A stretch of DNA of 64,000 nucleotides from contig OZ249436.1 in the NCBI GenBank assembly GCA_965235115.1, positions 49,292,001 to 49,356,000 on the forward strand. Direction: 5' to 3'. Below, one piece after another: positions 1 through 13,310 of the stretch. How positions within the stretch are numbered: position 1 is the first letter of the stretch; each line of letters opens with the position of its first letter. The notes under the pieces are model-generated. The model saw nothing but the letters and a program-made list of their open reading frames with translations. It was not told where the DNA came from and made no database searches. The DNA is from Laetmonice hystrix (lineage: Eukaryota). Both the position numbers and the translations under genes were made by a program.

Positions 1-3000
1 TCGGGGGGGTGGTCCGCTGGGTACTCTGGTGGACATGTGGTAATGTGGGGTTTTGGGTGGGTGGGTGGGTGTGTGGAGCGGTGTGCCTATGCGTGCCAAT
101 CTGCGTGCCGTCCTGCCTGGCCAATCCCCTGCTTTCCTGCGTGCCTGCTTTCACTACCTGGCCGCCTGCCTGCCTGCCTTACCGCCTGCTTGACTGCCTG
201 CCTGTCTGCGATCGTTCCTTCCTGCCTGTCTGTCTGCCTTACTACCTGCCTGCCTTCCTGCTCGGTAATCTGTGTGTCTGTCTACCTGCTGGCCTGTCTT
301 TCAGCTTGCCTACCTGTCGGTATACCCTCTTGCTTGAATGTCTACTGTTCACCTTAGTGCTTATCTTCCTGTCTGTTGTCGTTGAGGACGTCAATTATAC
401 GATTATCAAAGAGTGTTCTACACTGTTGATTCTTTCACTCCTTTAGGATGTAGTATTTTCATATGTTGAAGGTTGAGTGTCTTCATGTCCATGGTTTAGT
501 TTAAGTTAAGCATAAGTAGTTTAAGTTTAGTTTAAGTTAAGTACATTGTATAAGTTTTAACATCTTAAGTTGGCTAAGTCTCAATAATAAAATGCCAATT
601 GTTTGATCTCTTGTGTTTCTTGGAATGCTGGAATGAATTTGAAACGCCATGTAACATTGCATTCCTTGAGAAAGGTGTGTTGGTTTGCTTTCAAGTAACT
701 AGGCCTACTGCAGCAGATTAGGGGCTGTGGATGTTGGAGTGGGTTGAGGTTTAACTCATGTATGATATTTGCATTGTGTACCTACACTGATTATTTCATT
801 GTTTTTGTATACATGTCGTATTCTCATATGTCGAAAGTTGATTGTGTCCATGTTTGAAATACTGTCTGTGTTTTATCTTCTATGGTTGATCGTTTCTTGC
901 TTCATACTTTTCATGTCGTTTAAGTTATGTATAAGTTAGGTTCATCTTAGTTAAATAGTATACCGGGTAAGTTGACGAAGTCTCAATTAATGAAGTGTCA
1001 ATTGTTTGATCTCTCGTGATGTTTGAATCAATGTGTATCACACAATTGTGTGTATCATAGTTTAATGTATAGCTTGTGATTTGCTTTTAAGTTTTGAATG
1101 TAAGTCTGAATGTGTTAGTGGAAGACTCTTTGAACGTGTGAAAATAAGAGGTTCTGTGGCCTCTTCAAGGATTTCAAGGGTGCCAACGTGCTCAGGTATA
1201 AACACAAAATCGCTGACAAAAACTGGTACGTCAGTATAACAATAAAGACACAAACCAAGGGTGTCAACATGACTCAGGTTTAAACATGAAATCACTGAAA
1301 AAAAACTGGTGAATGAGTATAAAAATACAAACCAAGGGTGCCAACGTGCTCGTGTTAAAACAGAAATCCTGACAAAAACTGGTACATCACTATAACAATA
1401 ACGACACAAACCAAGGGGTTAAACATGAGATCGCTGAAAAAACCTAGTGAATGAGTATAACAATAAAGACACAAACAAAGGGTGCCAACATACTCAGGTT
1501 TAAGCATGAAATCGCCGACAAAAACTGGTGCATCAGTATAACAATAAAAAGGCACAAATCAAGCATGTCAACATGCTCAGGTTTAAACACGAAATCGCTG
1601 ACAAACTGGTGCATACATAAAAACAATAAAAAGACACAAACCTGGGGTGCCTAGGGTGCCAACATGAAAAATAACCTACGGGTTCAAATGTTTGAATGAG
1701 TATGTGTTTGTCTTTATGTTCCTTTTGTGTTCAAATGTCGAGTGGGCAAGGTTTGGCCCATGTATGAACAATGGGTTTATTATCGATTTTCATTGATTTT
1801 GTATGTGATATTGATTTTCATTGATTTTGTATGTGATACTTTCACATGCATGTGATACTTTCACATGCTTAACATTGTTCGGGTCCGTGTTTAAAACAAT
1901 GTATTAGTTTTGAGTTATTACTAAGATCTTTTTAAGTTGCTCATTTTATGATCAAAATGTCTATTGCTTGATCTCTTGATTCCAACAGAGGTTATGAGAT
2001 AAACAAAAGGTGTAGCATGATAAAAATCCAGAATTGGCACAAAGGTCTTACAATAGGCAAAGGAATGAAACGGGTGACACAAGAAATAACCGATGAAGAA
2101 TTGGTACAATCGAGCAAAAATAATAGTACCGGTATACTAGTATTGGGTTTTAGCAAACGTTACAGCACAGCAGCCAGGTGCTGCAGAATGAATATCAAAA
2201 CAACAAAATGTAAAGAGTCAAACGCCAAAAGAAAGACAACATCAATACCAAACTGACTTGGGGTAGGAAAAGAAGTTTCACAAATAATATGATACTGTCA
2301 CAAAAATGAGATTTTGTTCCAAACATGACTGTTGACAGGGTGGTAAAACTGGTCTATAACAAATTGCATGTCGTTAATTATATATGCCAATTAATTTTAC
2401 TTGGTTGTATGTTTATTATTGCTTGTTTTAATGGTATGATGTATTTTTAAGTTTAATAATCTTGTATGATACTTGCATCAGTTACTGTGCATGACCATGT
2501 TGATTTGATATTTTCACATGCTGAGCTTGTTTTAGTTTTAATACCTTGTTTGATACTTGTATGACTGTATTAGACATGTGTTGATATCCGATAGATGATA
2601 GTTTTACTGATGTTTAAAACGTTCTGTGTACTTGTTCTTATGTTATGTATGGTACCTTGATCAAATGCTTACAACAATTTTGTATAAATTTCCACATATT
2701 GATTTGAGTTCATGTTTTTTTTTCAGGTTATAAGATGCCGGTTGGATGGTTGGTCGGTTGCTCTTGCTCGGACGGTCGGATGGGTTGCCTTTCGGGTTGG
2801 TTTTTAGGTTTGTCGGGTGGATCGATGGGTTTCAGGGTGGGTGTGTGGTCAGATGGGTGGCCGGTTGGGCGGGTTGTCTGGTCGGGGGGGTGGTCCGCTG
2901 GGTACTCTGGTGGACATGTGGTAATGTGGGGTTTTGGGTGTGTGGGTGGGTGTGTGGAGCGGTGTGCCTATGCGTGCCAATCTGCGTGCCGTCCTGCCTG

Positions 3001-6000
3001 GCCAATCCCCTGCTTTCCTGCGTGCCTGCTTTCACTACCTGGCCGCCTGCCTGCCTGCCTTACCGCCTGCTTGACTGCCTGCCTGTCTGCGATCGTTCCT
3101 TCCTGCCTGTCTGTCTGCCTTACTACCTGCCTGCCTTCCTGCTCGGTAATCTGTGTGTCTGTCTACCTGCTGGCCTGTCTTTCAGCTTGCCTACCTGTCG
3201 GTATACCCTCTTGCTTGAATGTCTACTGTTCACCTTAGTGCTTATCTTCCTGTCTGTTGTCGTTGAGGACGTCAATTATACGATTATCAAAGAGTGTTCT
3301 ACACTGTTGATTCTTTCACTCCTTTGGGATGTAGTATTTTCATATGTTGAAGGTTGAGTGTCTTCATGTCCATGGTTTAGTTTAAGTTAAGCATAAGTAG
3401 TTTAAGTTTAGTTTAAGTTAAGTACATTGTATAAGTTTTAACATCTTAAGTTGGCTAAGTCTCAATAATAAAATGCCAATTCTTTGATCTCTTGTGTTTC
3501 TTGGAATGCTGGAATGAATTTGAAACGCCATGTAACATTGCATTCCTTGAGAAAGGTGTGTTGGTTTGCTTTCAAGTAACTAGGCCTACTGCAGCAGATT
3601 AGGGGCTGTGGATGTTGGAGTGGGTTGAGGTTTAACTCATGTATGATATTTGCATTGTGTACCTACACTGATTATTTCATTGTTTTTGTATACATGTCAT
3701 ATTCTCATATGTCGAAAGTTGATTGTGTCCATGTTTGAAATACTGTCTGTGTTTTATCTTCTATGGTTGATCGTTTCTTGCTTCATACTTTTCATGTCGT
3801 TTAAGTTATGTATAAGTTAGGTTCATCTTAGTTAAATAGTATACCGGGTAAGTTGACGAAGTCTCAATTAATGAAGTGTCAATTGTTTGATCTCTCGTGA
3901 TGTTTGAATCAATGTGTATCACACAATTGTGTGTATCATAGTTTAATGTATAGCTTGTGATTTGCTTTTAAGTTTTGAATGTAAGTCTGAATGTGTTAGT
4001 GGAAGACTCTTTGAACGTGTGAAAATAAGAGGTTCTTTGGCCTCTTCAAGTATTTCAAGGGTGCCAACGTGCTCAGGTATAAACACAAAATCGCTGACAA
4101 AAACTGGTACGTCAGTATAACAATAAAGACACAAACCAAGGGTGTCAACATGACTCAGGTTTAAACATGAAATCACTGAAAAAAAACTGGTGAATGAGTA
4201 TAAAAATACAAACCAAGGGTGCCAACATGCTCGTGTTAAAACAGAAATCCTGACAAAAACTGGTACATCACTATAACAATAACGACACAAACCAAGGGGT
4301 TAAACATGAGATCGCTGAAAAAAACTAGTGAATGAGTATAACAATAAAGACACAAACCAAGGGTGCCAACATACTCAGGTTTAAGCATGAAATCGCCGAC
4401 AAAAACTGGTGCATCAGTATAACAATAAAAAGGCACAAATCAAGCATGTCAACATGCTCAGGTTTAAACACGAAATCGCTGACAAACTGGTGCATACATA
4501 AAAACAATAAAAAGACACAAACCTGGGGTGCCTAGGGTGCCAACATGAAAAATAACCTACGGGTTCAAATGTTTGAATGAGTATGTGTTTGTCTTTATGT
4601 TCCTTTTGTGTTCAAATGTCGAGTGGGCAAGGTTTGGCCCATGTATGAACAATGGGTTTATTATCGATTTTCATTGATTTTGTATGTGATATTGATTTTC
4701 ATTGATTTTGTATGTGATACTTTCACATGCATGTGATACTTTCACATGCTTAACATTGTTCGGGTCCGTGTTTAAAACAATGTATTAGTTTTGAGTTATT
4801 ACTAAGATCTTTTTAAGTTGCTCATTTTATGATCAAAATGTCTATTGCTTGATCTCTTGATTCCAACAGAGGTTATGAGATAAACAAAAGGTGTAGCATG
4901 ATAAAAATCCAGAATTGGCACAAAGGTCTTACAATAGGCAAAGGAATGAAACGGGTGACACAAGAAATAACCGATGAAGAATTGGTACAATCGAGCAAAA
5001 ATAATAGTACCGGTATACTAGTATTGGGTTTTAGCAAACGTTACAGCACAGCAGCCAGGTGCTGCAGAATGAATATCAAAACAACAAAATGTAAAGAGTC
5101 AAACGCCAAAAGAAAGACAACATCAATACCAAACTGACTTGGGGTAGGAAAAGAAGTTTCACAAATAATATGATACTGTCACAAAAATGAGATTTTGTTC
5201 CAAACATGACTGTTGACAGGGTGGTAAAACTGGTCTATAACAAATTGCATGTCGTTAATTATGTATGCCAATTAATTTTACTTGGTTGTATGTTTATTAT
5301 TGCTTGTTTTAATGGTATGATGTATTTTTAAGTTTAATAATCTTGTATGATACTTGCATCAGTTACTGTGCATGACCATGTTGATTTGATATTTTCACAT
5401 GCTGAGCTTGTTTTAGTTTTAATACCTTGTTTGATACTTGTATGACTGTATTAGACATGTGTTGATATCCGATAGATGATAGTTTTACTGATGTTTAAAA
5501 CGTTCTGTGTACTTGTTCTTATGTTATGTATGGTACCTTGATCAAATGCTTACAACAATTTTGTATAAATTTCCACATATTGATTTGAGTTCATGTTTTT
5601 TTTTCAGGTTATAAGATGCCGGTTGAATGGTTGGTCGGTTGCTCTTGCTCGGACGGTCGGATGGGTTGCCTTTCGGGTTGGTTTTTAGGTTTGTCGGGTG
5701 GATCGATGGGTTTCAGGGTGGGTGTGTGGTCAGATGGGTGGCCGGTTGGGCGGGTTGTCTGGTCGGGGGGGGGGGGGTGGTCCGCTGGGTACTCTGGTGG
5801 ACATGTGGTAATGTGGGGTTTTGGGTGGGTGGGTGGGTGTGTGGAGCGGTGTGCCTATGCGTGCCAATCTGCGTGCCGTCCTGCCTGGCCAATCCCCTGC
5901 TTTCCTGCGTGCCTGCTTTCACTACCTGGCCGCCTGCCTGCCTGCCTTACCGCCTGCTTGACTGCCTGCCTGTCTGCGATCGTTCCTTCCTGCCTGTCTG

Positions 6001-6130
6001 TCTGCCTTACTACCTACCTGCCTTCCTGCTCGGTAATCTGTGTGTCTGTCTACCTGCTGGCCTGTCTTTCAGCTTGCCTACCTGTCGGTATACCCTCTTG
6101 CTTGAATGTCTACTGTTCACCTTAGTGCGT
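1..6130. repeat. Macro-tandem repeat, 2881-bp period, >2 near-identical units (truncated by window start)
   Basis: Position 1 matches 2882; ORF pairs recur at exactly +2881 (1062/3943, 1921/4802, 2735/5616). Only scattered SNPs until ~6130. Confidence 0.97.
1176..1665. repeat. Diverged ~78-bp sub-repeat array inside the macro-repeat unit (second copy 4057-4546)
   Basis: Motif caagggtgccaacatgctcaggtttaaacacgaaatcgctgacaaaaactgg...acaataaagacacaaac recurs about 6 times (1176, 1256, 1333...). Confidence 0.9.
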
Positions 6131-8230
6131 ATTTTCCTGTCTGCTGCCGTTGAGGACGTCAATTATACGATTATCGAAAGAGATGAGTGTTCTACACTGT
6201 TGATTCTTTCACTGTTTTGGGATGTAGTATGTTGAAAGTTGATTGTGTTCATGTCCATGGTTTAGTTTAAGTTAAGCATAAGTTAGGTTAAGTTTAGTTT
6301 AAGGTAAGTACATTGTATAAGTTTTAACTTTTTAAGTTGGCTAAGTCTCAATAATAAAATGCCAATTCTTTGATCTCTTGTGTTATTTCAGAGTTTAATA
6401 AGATGTGTCTTGAGGTTCATGTTTATGCTGGAATGAATTTGAAGCACCGTGTAATATTGCATTCCTTGAGCAAGGTGTGTTGGTTTGCTTTTAAGTAGGC
6501 CTACTGCAGCAGATTGGGGGCTGTGGATATTGATGGAGTTGGTTGATGTTTGACCCATGTATGATACTTGCATCATATACCTACACTGATGATTTCAGTG
6601 TTGGTTTTTGTATACACGTTGTATTTTCGTATGTTGAAAGTTGATTGTGTCCATGTATGAAATACTGTCTTTGTTTTGTCTTCTATGTTTGATGTTTCTT
6701 GCTTTGTAGTTTTCATGTCGTTTACGTTGAAGTCTCAATTAATAAAGCGTCAATTGTTTGATCTCTTGTGATTTCAAAAACTGATCATCGATAATACTTT
6801 TGCGAAATTTGGAAAAGCGAAATGGACAGAGTAAAAAAAAACAAGAAAAAAAAACAGGGAAAAAACAAAGAAAAAAACCCAGAAGACTCGTGCAGCAAAA
6901 TCTGAATGAGAGAGCAGGGTGTGACATATGTCAGTTCAGAAATTCACAACACGAATAACGAAGTTTAACAAGACATAACCTATAAAGGCATCAGTAATGC
7001 CACAACCTTTCCGCTGAATGTGGTTGGTATAATGCCCAGCAGCCAGGTGCTGCAGAATGAATATCAAAAACAGTCGAACAAAGACAAATTCACCAAGAAA
7101 GACTAATACTAACTGGTGAAGTTGGTAGCTATCGAATTAGGGAGTCGGGATGATTTTGGTGGGGCGATTGAGTTTATTTATTTCCCTGATTGAATGTCTT
7201 TGTTTGAATACGATGTTTGTGGGGTTTAATTTTTATGTTGCTTACCTCATACCTCAGAGACAGAGAACCTGTTGTTCATTGTTTTTGGTAGTATTTTCAT
7301 ATATGTGGAAGGTTGATTTTGTCCATGATTGAAACACTATTTCATGTGGGTTGTCTTCGTTGTTTGGTCGTTTTGTTGTTGTTAATAATTTAATGTTTAA
7401 TGGTTTAGTTTAAGCTAAGTAGAACTTAAGTTAACTAAGTTGGCTAAGTCTCAATTAATAAAGTGTGAATTGTTTGATGTCTTGGGGTTCTTCAGAGGTT
7501 ATGAAATAGGCAAACGTTGATGGATGACACTGAGTTTAAAGAAGTGAGTTGAAAACTGATACATGGAAAAGCAATGGTGTTTATTTCCGTCGTATGCAGC
7601 CAATGTAGGGCTGAACATATGACAATGAATGATCATGACAGTTGAGACAATAATAAAAAATGAAAACGGGTATATAAAGTACAACAGAAATAATGACGTT
7701 CAAACAAGATATAACCTATAAAACCGGCATCAGTGATGCCTCAAACTTGCAATGAATGTGTTTGGTATTAATACACAATGGCCAGGTTCTGCAGAACGAA
7801 CGAAACAATCGAGCAGACACGTGCAGAAAACAATCTGAAGGAGAGATCAGAGTGCGAATATGACGGTTCAGATAATGACAAATGAAAACCGGCATAAAAT
7901 GCACAACAGCAATAATGACGTTCAAACAAGATATAACCTATAAAAGCTGCATTAGTGCCAGGTGATACAGAATGAATATCAAACCCCGTGTGACGAGTAA
8001 AACAAAGAAAAACCAAGGAAGTAAAACGCCATCACTAAACTGGAGTTGTGGGTGGATCGGATGGCTATGAGGGGAGGAGGCCATAGTAACAAAACTGATT
8101 ATTACATTAATATATAACTGCTGTTGAGGTTTGGCTGTGATTTTATTTGTTTTCAATGTTTGCATTGATAATTTAAACGAACGAATGTGAAGATAGTAAT
8201 ATGAAATTGATTAATTGAACAAGTAGTTTT
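6131..8230. repeat. Older, diverged continuation of the macro-repeat motifs
   Basis: 6131-6770 aligns with ~355-1020 with many differences. Motifs aagttggctaagtctcaa (7437), cagccaggtgctgcagaatgaatatcaaaa (7040, variants ~7780/7957) and acaagatataacctataaa (6967, 7703, 7926) recur. Confidence 0.8.
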
Positions 8231-9112
8231 AGTTGCAGTGTTGAACACTGGGAGGTGCCACATGACGACTTGCTGCAACATACGCCACCGTCCGTCGGAG
8301 CAGCCATGCATGTCGGAGGTCACGAGGATTATCGCACACAAGGTGTGGACGGCGACCACTCTTTCAACCTAATCGTCAGAGGGGAAACACACGAGTCCGC
8401 TCTCTCACAGACCTTCGGAAGAGAAACAGTTCAAGCCCACCGCCACCCCTTCTCGATAGAACATCATTTATTTGGACTTTTGCCGTCTATTGTCTGGATT
8501 TTACAGCTGCCTTTACGCTTTTCCAGGGTTTTACATGCATAGTAGGATTTATTCCTGTTTTTAGTGCGGAAGGTTGGCGCCTAACGGGTCAAGTTAATAA
8601 GTTCCAGACTCGTGTTTATCAGATGCAATAATACGTTTTCTATAGGCCTATTATGTATAAATGTTACGCTTCCCGTTCTTTTATTTATGTCACATTTGAG
8701 TCTGAAAAGAAAGTACTTTAATAAAGAAATTAACCGTTTTTTACTGCTTATTATTTGTACAGTATAATCAAAACATAAAGGTTAAACATATTAAACCTGT
8801 AAAATGGTTAAAACGATGCAACCAAATTATTAGCCAGACATGGCCATGGCTACAAGTATCGTCGGCACAGATGTGGGCAGTTCTGTCATGGCCACAATCC
8901 GACGCTTTTTCTTCCTTGTTCTTCCTTCTCAACTTCCCTCTACTAGTACGATTATTCGTTATGGAAGCTGGTCCGGGTGTCAAACAGGAGTTTGGCTCGG
9001 GTAATCTTGAATGTATGTTGTGCGTTCCTTTGCTGGTTGTCGTTTCCTTGAGCAGCTCTTTTAGCCTTACTGTAAAGTTGCCCTGAGTGAATTCCTGCCA
9101 TGATGAACATGG

Positions 9113-9332
9113 AAGTGGCGTGCCCAGAAACTGGACCTAGGGGGGTGCTGGAAATAACCAACATCGTAGGCGCTGCAAATTGGCAACAAGCGCACCAAAA
9201 AACAAACAAAAAAAAATTGAGGGGGGTGCTTGAGCACCCCAAGCACCCCCCGGGTACGCTACTGTTGCCCCCCCCCCCGCCAGAAGTGGGGGGGGGCACA
9301 TGTCCCCCTGCCCCCCGGTTCCTACGCCAGTG
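9113..9332. mobile_element. Degenerate CAGTGGCG-type MITE with G/C runs
   Basis: Ends agtggcgt...acgccagtg are imperfect inverted repeats; internal ggtgcttgagcacc palindrome and G/C homopolymers; no clear TSD. Confidence 0.55.
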
Positions 9333-9348
9333 AGTAGAAAGTGCTTAA

Positions 9349-9783
9349 AGGGAGGGAAAACACCCACGGCAAATAAGGTTTCGTAGACCAAATGAAACAC
9401 CAGCATTTACCTCAGGGCAATAAATGCCACAATTACACATTGTCTGAATGAAGTAATTATCGTGTATGATCGCCCGATGTGTGACGCCGCTGGTTCTTAC
9501 CTTGACCTGCTTGTGTGTTCATAACAGCCGAATTCTCCACACTGCCGCGTATTGCGTAACAGACCTTGTCTACACGATGTTTAGAGTCCCAAGTCTTTGT
9601 AAACGTTTGTAAACGTCCGAGGTGATGCACAAGGTAAGAACCAGCGGCATGACACATCGGGCGTCTACACATTAATTATACTTCATTCAGACAGACAACG
9701 CAATTGTGGCATTTATTGCTGGTAAATGCTGGTGTTTTATTTGGACTACGAGATCTTATTTGCCGTGTGGGTTTTCCCTCCCT
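9349..9783. mobile_element. Foldback MITE, TTAA target, AGG...CCT ends (Kolobok/T2-type)
   Basis: TTAA|AGGGAGGGAAAA...TTTTCCCTCCCT|TTAA; imperfect inverted arms of ~155 bp (9349-9504 vs ~9630-9783). Confidence 0.88.
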
Positions 9784-10613
9784 TTAAGAAAGCCCTGCAT
9801 AAACAGATACGGGCTGTAGGCTATGCCCTCTTAGACCTGGACGTGAGATATAGGCCTATAATTTCTTTGTGGTTCTAATTTTAATCATGCTGAACAGATG
9901 TTAAATAGATCTAGGCCTAAACCCGAACGTTATTTAGTTCTGTTCAGCATTATAACCGACTTTAAAATTGACTTTGAGGAGCGTTGTGTGACGGAATCAC
10001 GCGGCCCTGTGATTCCGTCACGCGATTTTGTGATTCCGTCACGCCTCTCTCTCCTGAAATTAATGAAAAATATTATGAAACTAGGCTATGATATTGCGTG
10101 AAACTGGGGTTTCTTATTAGAAAATACAAAAGACGGTTCATCAACGCATGATTTTTAAGCGAGAGAAACGATTTAATAAAAAAACGTGACGGAATCACAA
10201 ATTTAGCATGTAAGTGGGTCAGTAAAAGATGCCCCATTTCTTATAGGCCTGCTCTTAGTTCCATCTTATTCATAACTTGTAAATCCACATCCCGTTGTAT
10301 GCTACAAGTATTCCTCTTTCTAACGGTACTATGGATAATCTACTTATCTTTACTCTGAGGGTGGATGTCACCAGATCAAATTTGGGCTCCTTCAGCAGGA
10401 ACAGCATGCATGCGTAAAATGACCTGATCGCACATTACGTAAAGTCATGCAGTCCCCAGCAAATTATAAAAAAATATGACGTACCAGCCATCAAAATACA
10501 TCAGAAAAGTAAACACTAGGACATTCTCCAATGAAAAAAATATTTTCCATTCAGATTGAACAAATTTGAAGTTTTACACCCTATGTCCCGTTTTTCGTGG
10601 AATTCATGATAGG

Positions 10614-11020
10614 CTACCTCACTGCTGTTAGCAAGGCCTATAGCCCAAGGGTTACACAGACTACCTCACTGCTGTGAGCAAGCCCTAGCCTATAGGCCTA
10701 GCCCAAGGGTTACATAGACTACCTCACTGCTGTGAGCAAGCCCTAGCCTATAGGCCTAGCCCAAGGGTTACATAGACTACCTCACTGCTGTGAGCAAGGC
10801 CTAGCCTATAGGCCTAGCCCAAGGGTTACATAGACTACCTCACTGCTGTGAGCAAGCCTTAGCCTATAGGCCTAGCCCAAGGGTTACATAGACTACCTCA
10901 CTGCTGTGAGCAAGGCCTAGCCTATAGATCTATAGCCCACGGGTTACATAGACTACCTCACTGCTGTGAGCAAGGCCCCTACATAGACTATCTCACTGCT
11001 GTGAGCAAGGCCTAGCCTAT
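10614..11020. repeat. 58-bp minisatellite, ~7 copies
   Basis: gactacctcactgctgtgagcaaggcctagcctataggcctagcccaagggttacata at 10659, 10717, 10775... Confidence 0.95.
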
Positions 11021-11189
11021 TTATTACTGCTATTGGTCTGCATGGTGGGCAAATACTTTTGGATGGCAGTGTACATTTGAACATTTGAACGCCCGTCGTC
11101 GTGCCTTCTTCAGGGCGGCTGGATTGGCAGAACGCACTGCCACCTTGCGGCCACAGATCACACCAATCAATAACCTACACCGACAGATG

Positions 11190-11480
11190 GTTCCCAACCG
11201 ATGACCATACGACCATCGGCTCACTCCCAACCGATGCCCATCCCATCATCGGCTCACTCCCAACCGATGCCCATCCCATCATCGGCTCACTCCCAACCGA
11301 TGACCATACGACCATCGGCTCACTCCCAACCGATGACCATAGATCTATACGACCATCGGTTCACTCCCAACCGATGACCATACGACCACCGGTTCACTCC
11401 CAACCGATGCCCATCTGACCATCGGTTCACTCCCAACCCATGACTATCGGTTTACTCCCAACCGATGCTCATCTGACCAT
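11190..11480. repeat. 33-bp minisatellite, ~9 copies, internal CCGATG/CATCGG inverted motif
   Basis: tcactcccaaccgatgaccatacgaccatcggc repeated. Confidence 0.93.
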
Positions 11481-11692
11481 CCGAGAAAAAAAATCATTTT
11501 TTTTATATTGTCGGTTGGCCATCCGACGCCCGGCATCGGATGACACAGCCGACCCCATCCGATGGTCGATTCCACTATTTACAGATTTTTCAGCCGGCAT
11601 CGGCTGAGTCAGCCGACGCCCAACCGATGGCAGTTCCGCTGGAAAATCGGTTGAATGGAGTCACGGTTTTCGATTGACAACTTGGTGCCCTC

Positions 11693-11960
11693 TTAGTGCG
11701 CACACATCGGGCGTGCACATTTAGTGCGCACACATCGGGCGTGCACATTTAGTGCGCACACACGGGGCGTGCACATTTAGTGCGCACACATCGGGCGTGC
11801 ACGTTTAGTGCGCACACATCGGGCGTGCACGTTTAGTGCGCACACATCGGGCGTGCACGTTTAGTGCGCACACATCGGGCGTGCACGTTTAGTGCGCACA
11901 CATCGGGCGTGCACGTTTAGGCCTAGTGCCCACACATCGGGCGTGCACGAGTAGTGCCCA
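11693..11960. repeat. 28-bp minisatellite, ~9.5 copies
   Basis: ttagtgcgcacacatcgggcgtgcacrt at 11693, 11721... Confidence 0.96.
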
Positions 11961-12585
11961 CACAAAAAAAAACATTATTTGAAAAAAGCTCCAAAAATGG
12001 GGGAAATTAACATGCACCAGAGGGGTTCTTTTGGCTTCAGACTTCTTGAAGATGCGATCCAAAGGTTCTGGGTTCGAGCTGCGGCCGCGCCGGACCTTCC
12101 TGCATATAGTAGTGCTGCCGACTGCTTTATCAAAGGCCGGCCGTGTCACGATACGTCTATGTGGAGACGCACATTAATGATCCCTTGGCACCCATCGACA
12201 AGAGTAGGGGTTCGCCCCGATGCCGGGTTTCCTCCTATCATCTCATTATCACCCAATGGACCTTTTCAAGAATATGGCCTCTGCCATCTTTTAAGCTGCA
12301 AGGTATGAATGAACTACACTAAACTGTGTGTTGTAGTGTTGATGGTACACTGTCGTCCACTTGTATTCCTTCCTCCTTCCTATGATTTTGATGTGGAAAA
12401 GGACGATCAGCAACTTTTTTTTAAAAGTGCCCTTACAATTATAGCTGATTCCAGATATTTCGTTTTGAGCTCCTCGAACATCGACCTATATTTACGTATC
12501 TATAAAATATCTATGTTGTAACAGCCTTACTTAAATTTCATAGAACCTGTTGAATGGCTTCTCCACAACTTTCTCCTATAAGGTA

Positions 12586-12860
12586 GGCACGGCGGAGCAG
12601 GGAGCTGGGGGCCTATCCCCCCGATAATTTTATTTTCTGAAGAAAAACGTCGAGAATGAATACGGAAGTGAGAACACATTATCTAGTTTTGGTCATTTTA
12701 AGCTAGAGTTTTATACCTGAAATAAGCCAGAATGTGTCTACTGGAGTACTGGCGTCTTTTATCCCCAGAACTGGGCCCAGGCAGCCCATGGACCCTCGCC
12801 TGAGGTACGGTCATAGTGTACCCCCCCCCCCCCAATCCGAAATTGCTTCCGCCGTGCCTG
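12586..12860. mobile_element. MITE of the CAG...CTG group, probable 5-bp TSD AGGTA
   Basis: aggta|ggcacggcgga...tccgccgtgcctg|aggta (left terminal CA appears lost). Confidence 0.7.
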
Positions 12861-13164
12861 AGGTAGTAAGTGTGGAGATGCTCAAAGACTGCTGAACTTA
12901 AATCTCGGGACCTTTTCCTGGAGACCGACCGTTCACGTTTGACATTTCCTGGAAAATTTACAGACACCGTTAGCTGGGAGGAATTCGCCGGACCTGGCGG
13001 GACATTTGACAGATATCTCAGACATGCGAGTCATGTTAGAAATCGATATGGATGGTCGTGTAGCCTGTATGATTCATAAAGTGGTAGGCATTCTGGTGGA
13101 GTAATGGGCGAGACAGGCGGTCGTCGGGGAGCGGATCGTGTTACAGGGGGGCTGCAAGGCGACC

Positions 13165-13310
13165 TTGGGGTGGGGGTGGGGTTGGGGGTTGGGGTGGGGG
13201 TTGGGGTGGGGGTGGGGTGGGTGTTGGTGTGGGTGGGGGTGGGGTGAGGGTGGGGTGGTTGGGGATGGGGGTGGAGGGGGCGGTGGGGGTGGGGGGAGGG
13301 CGGGGGATGG
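13165..13310 (+). repeat. G-rich low-complexity tract (GGGGT)n-like, G-quadruplex-prone
   Basis: Dense runs of GGGG separated by 1-3 nt. Confidence 0.85.
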
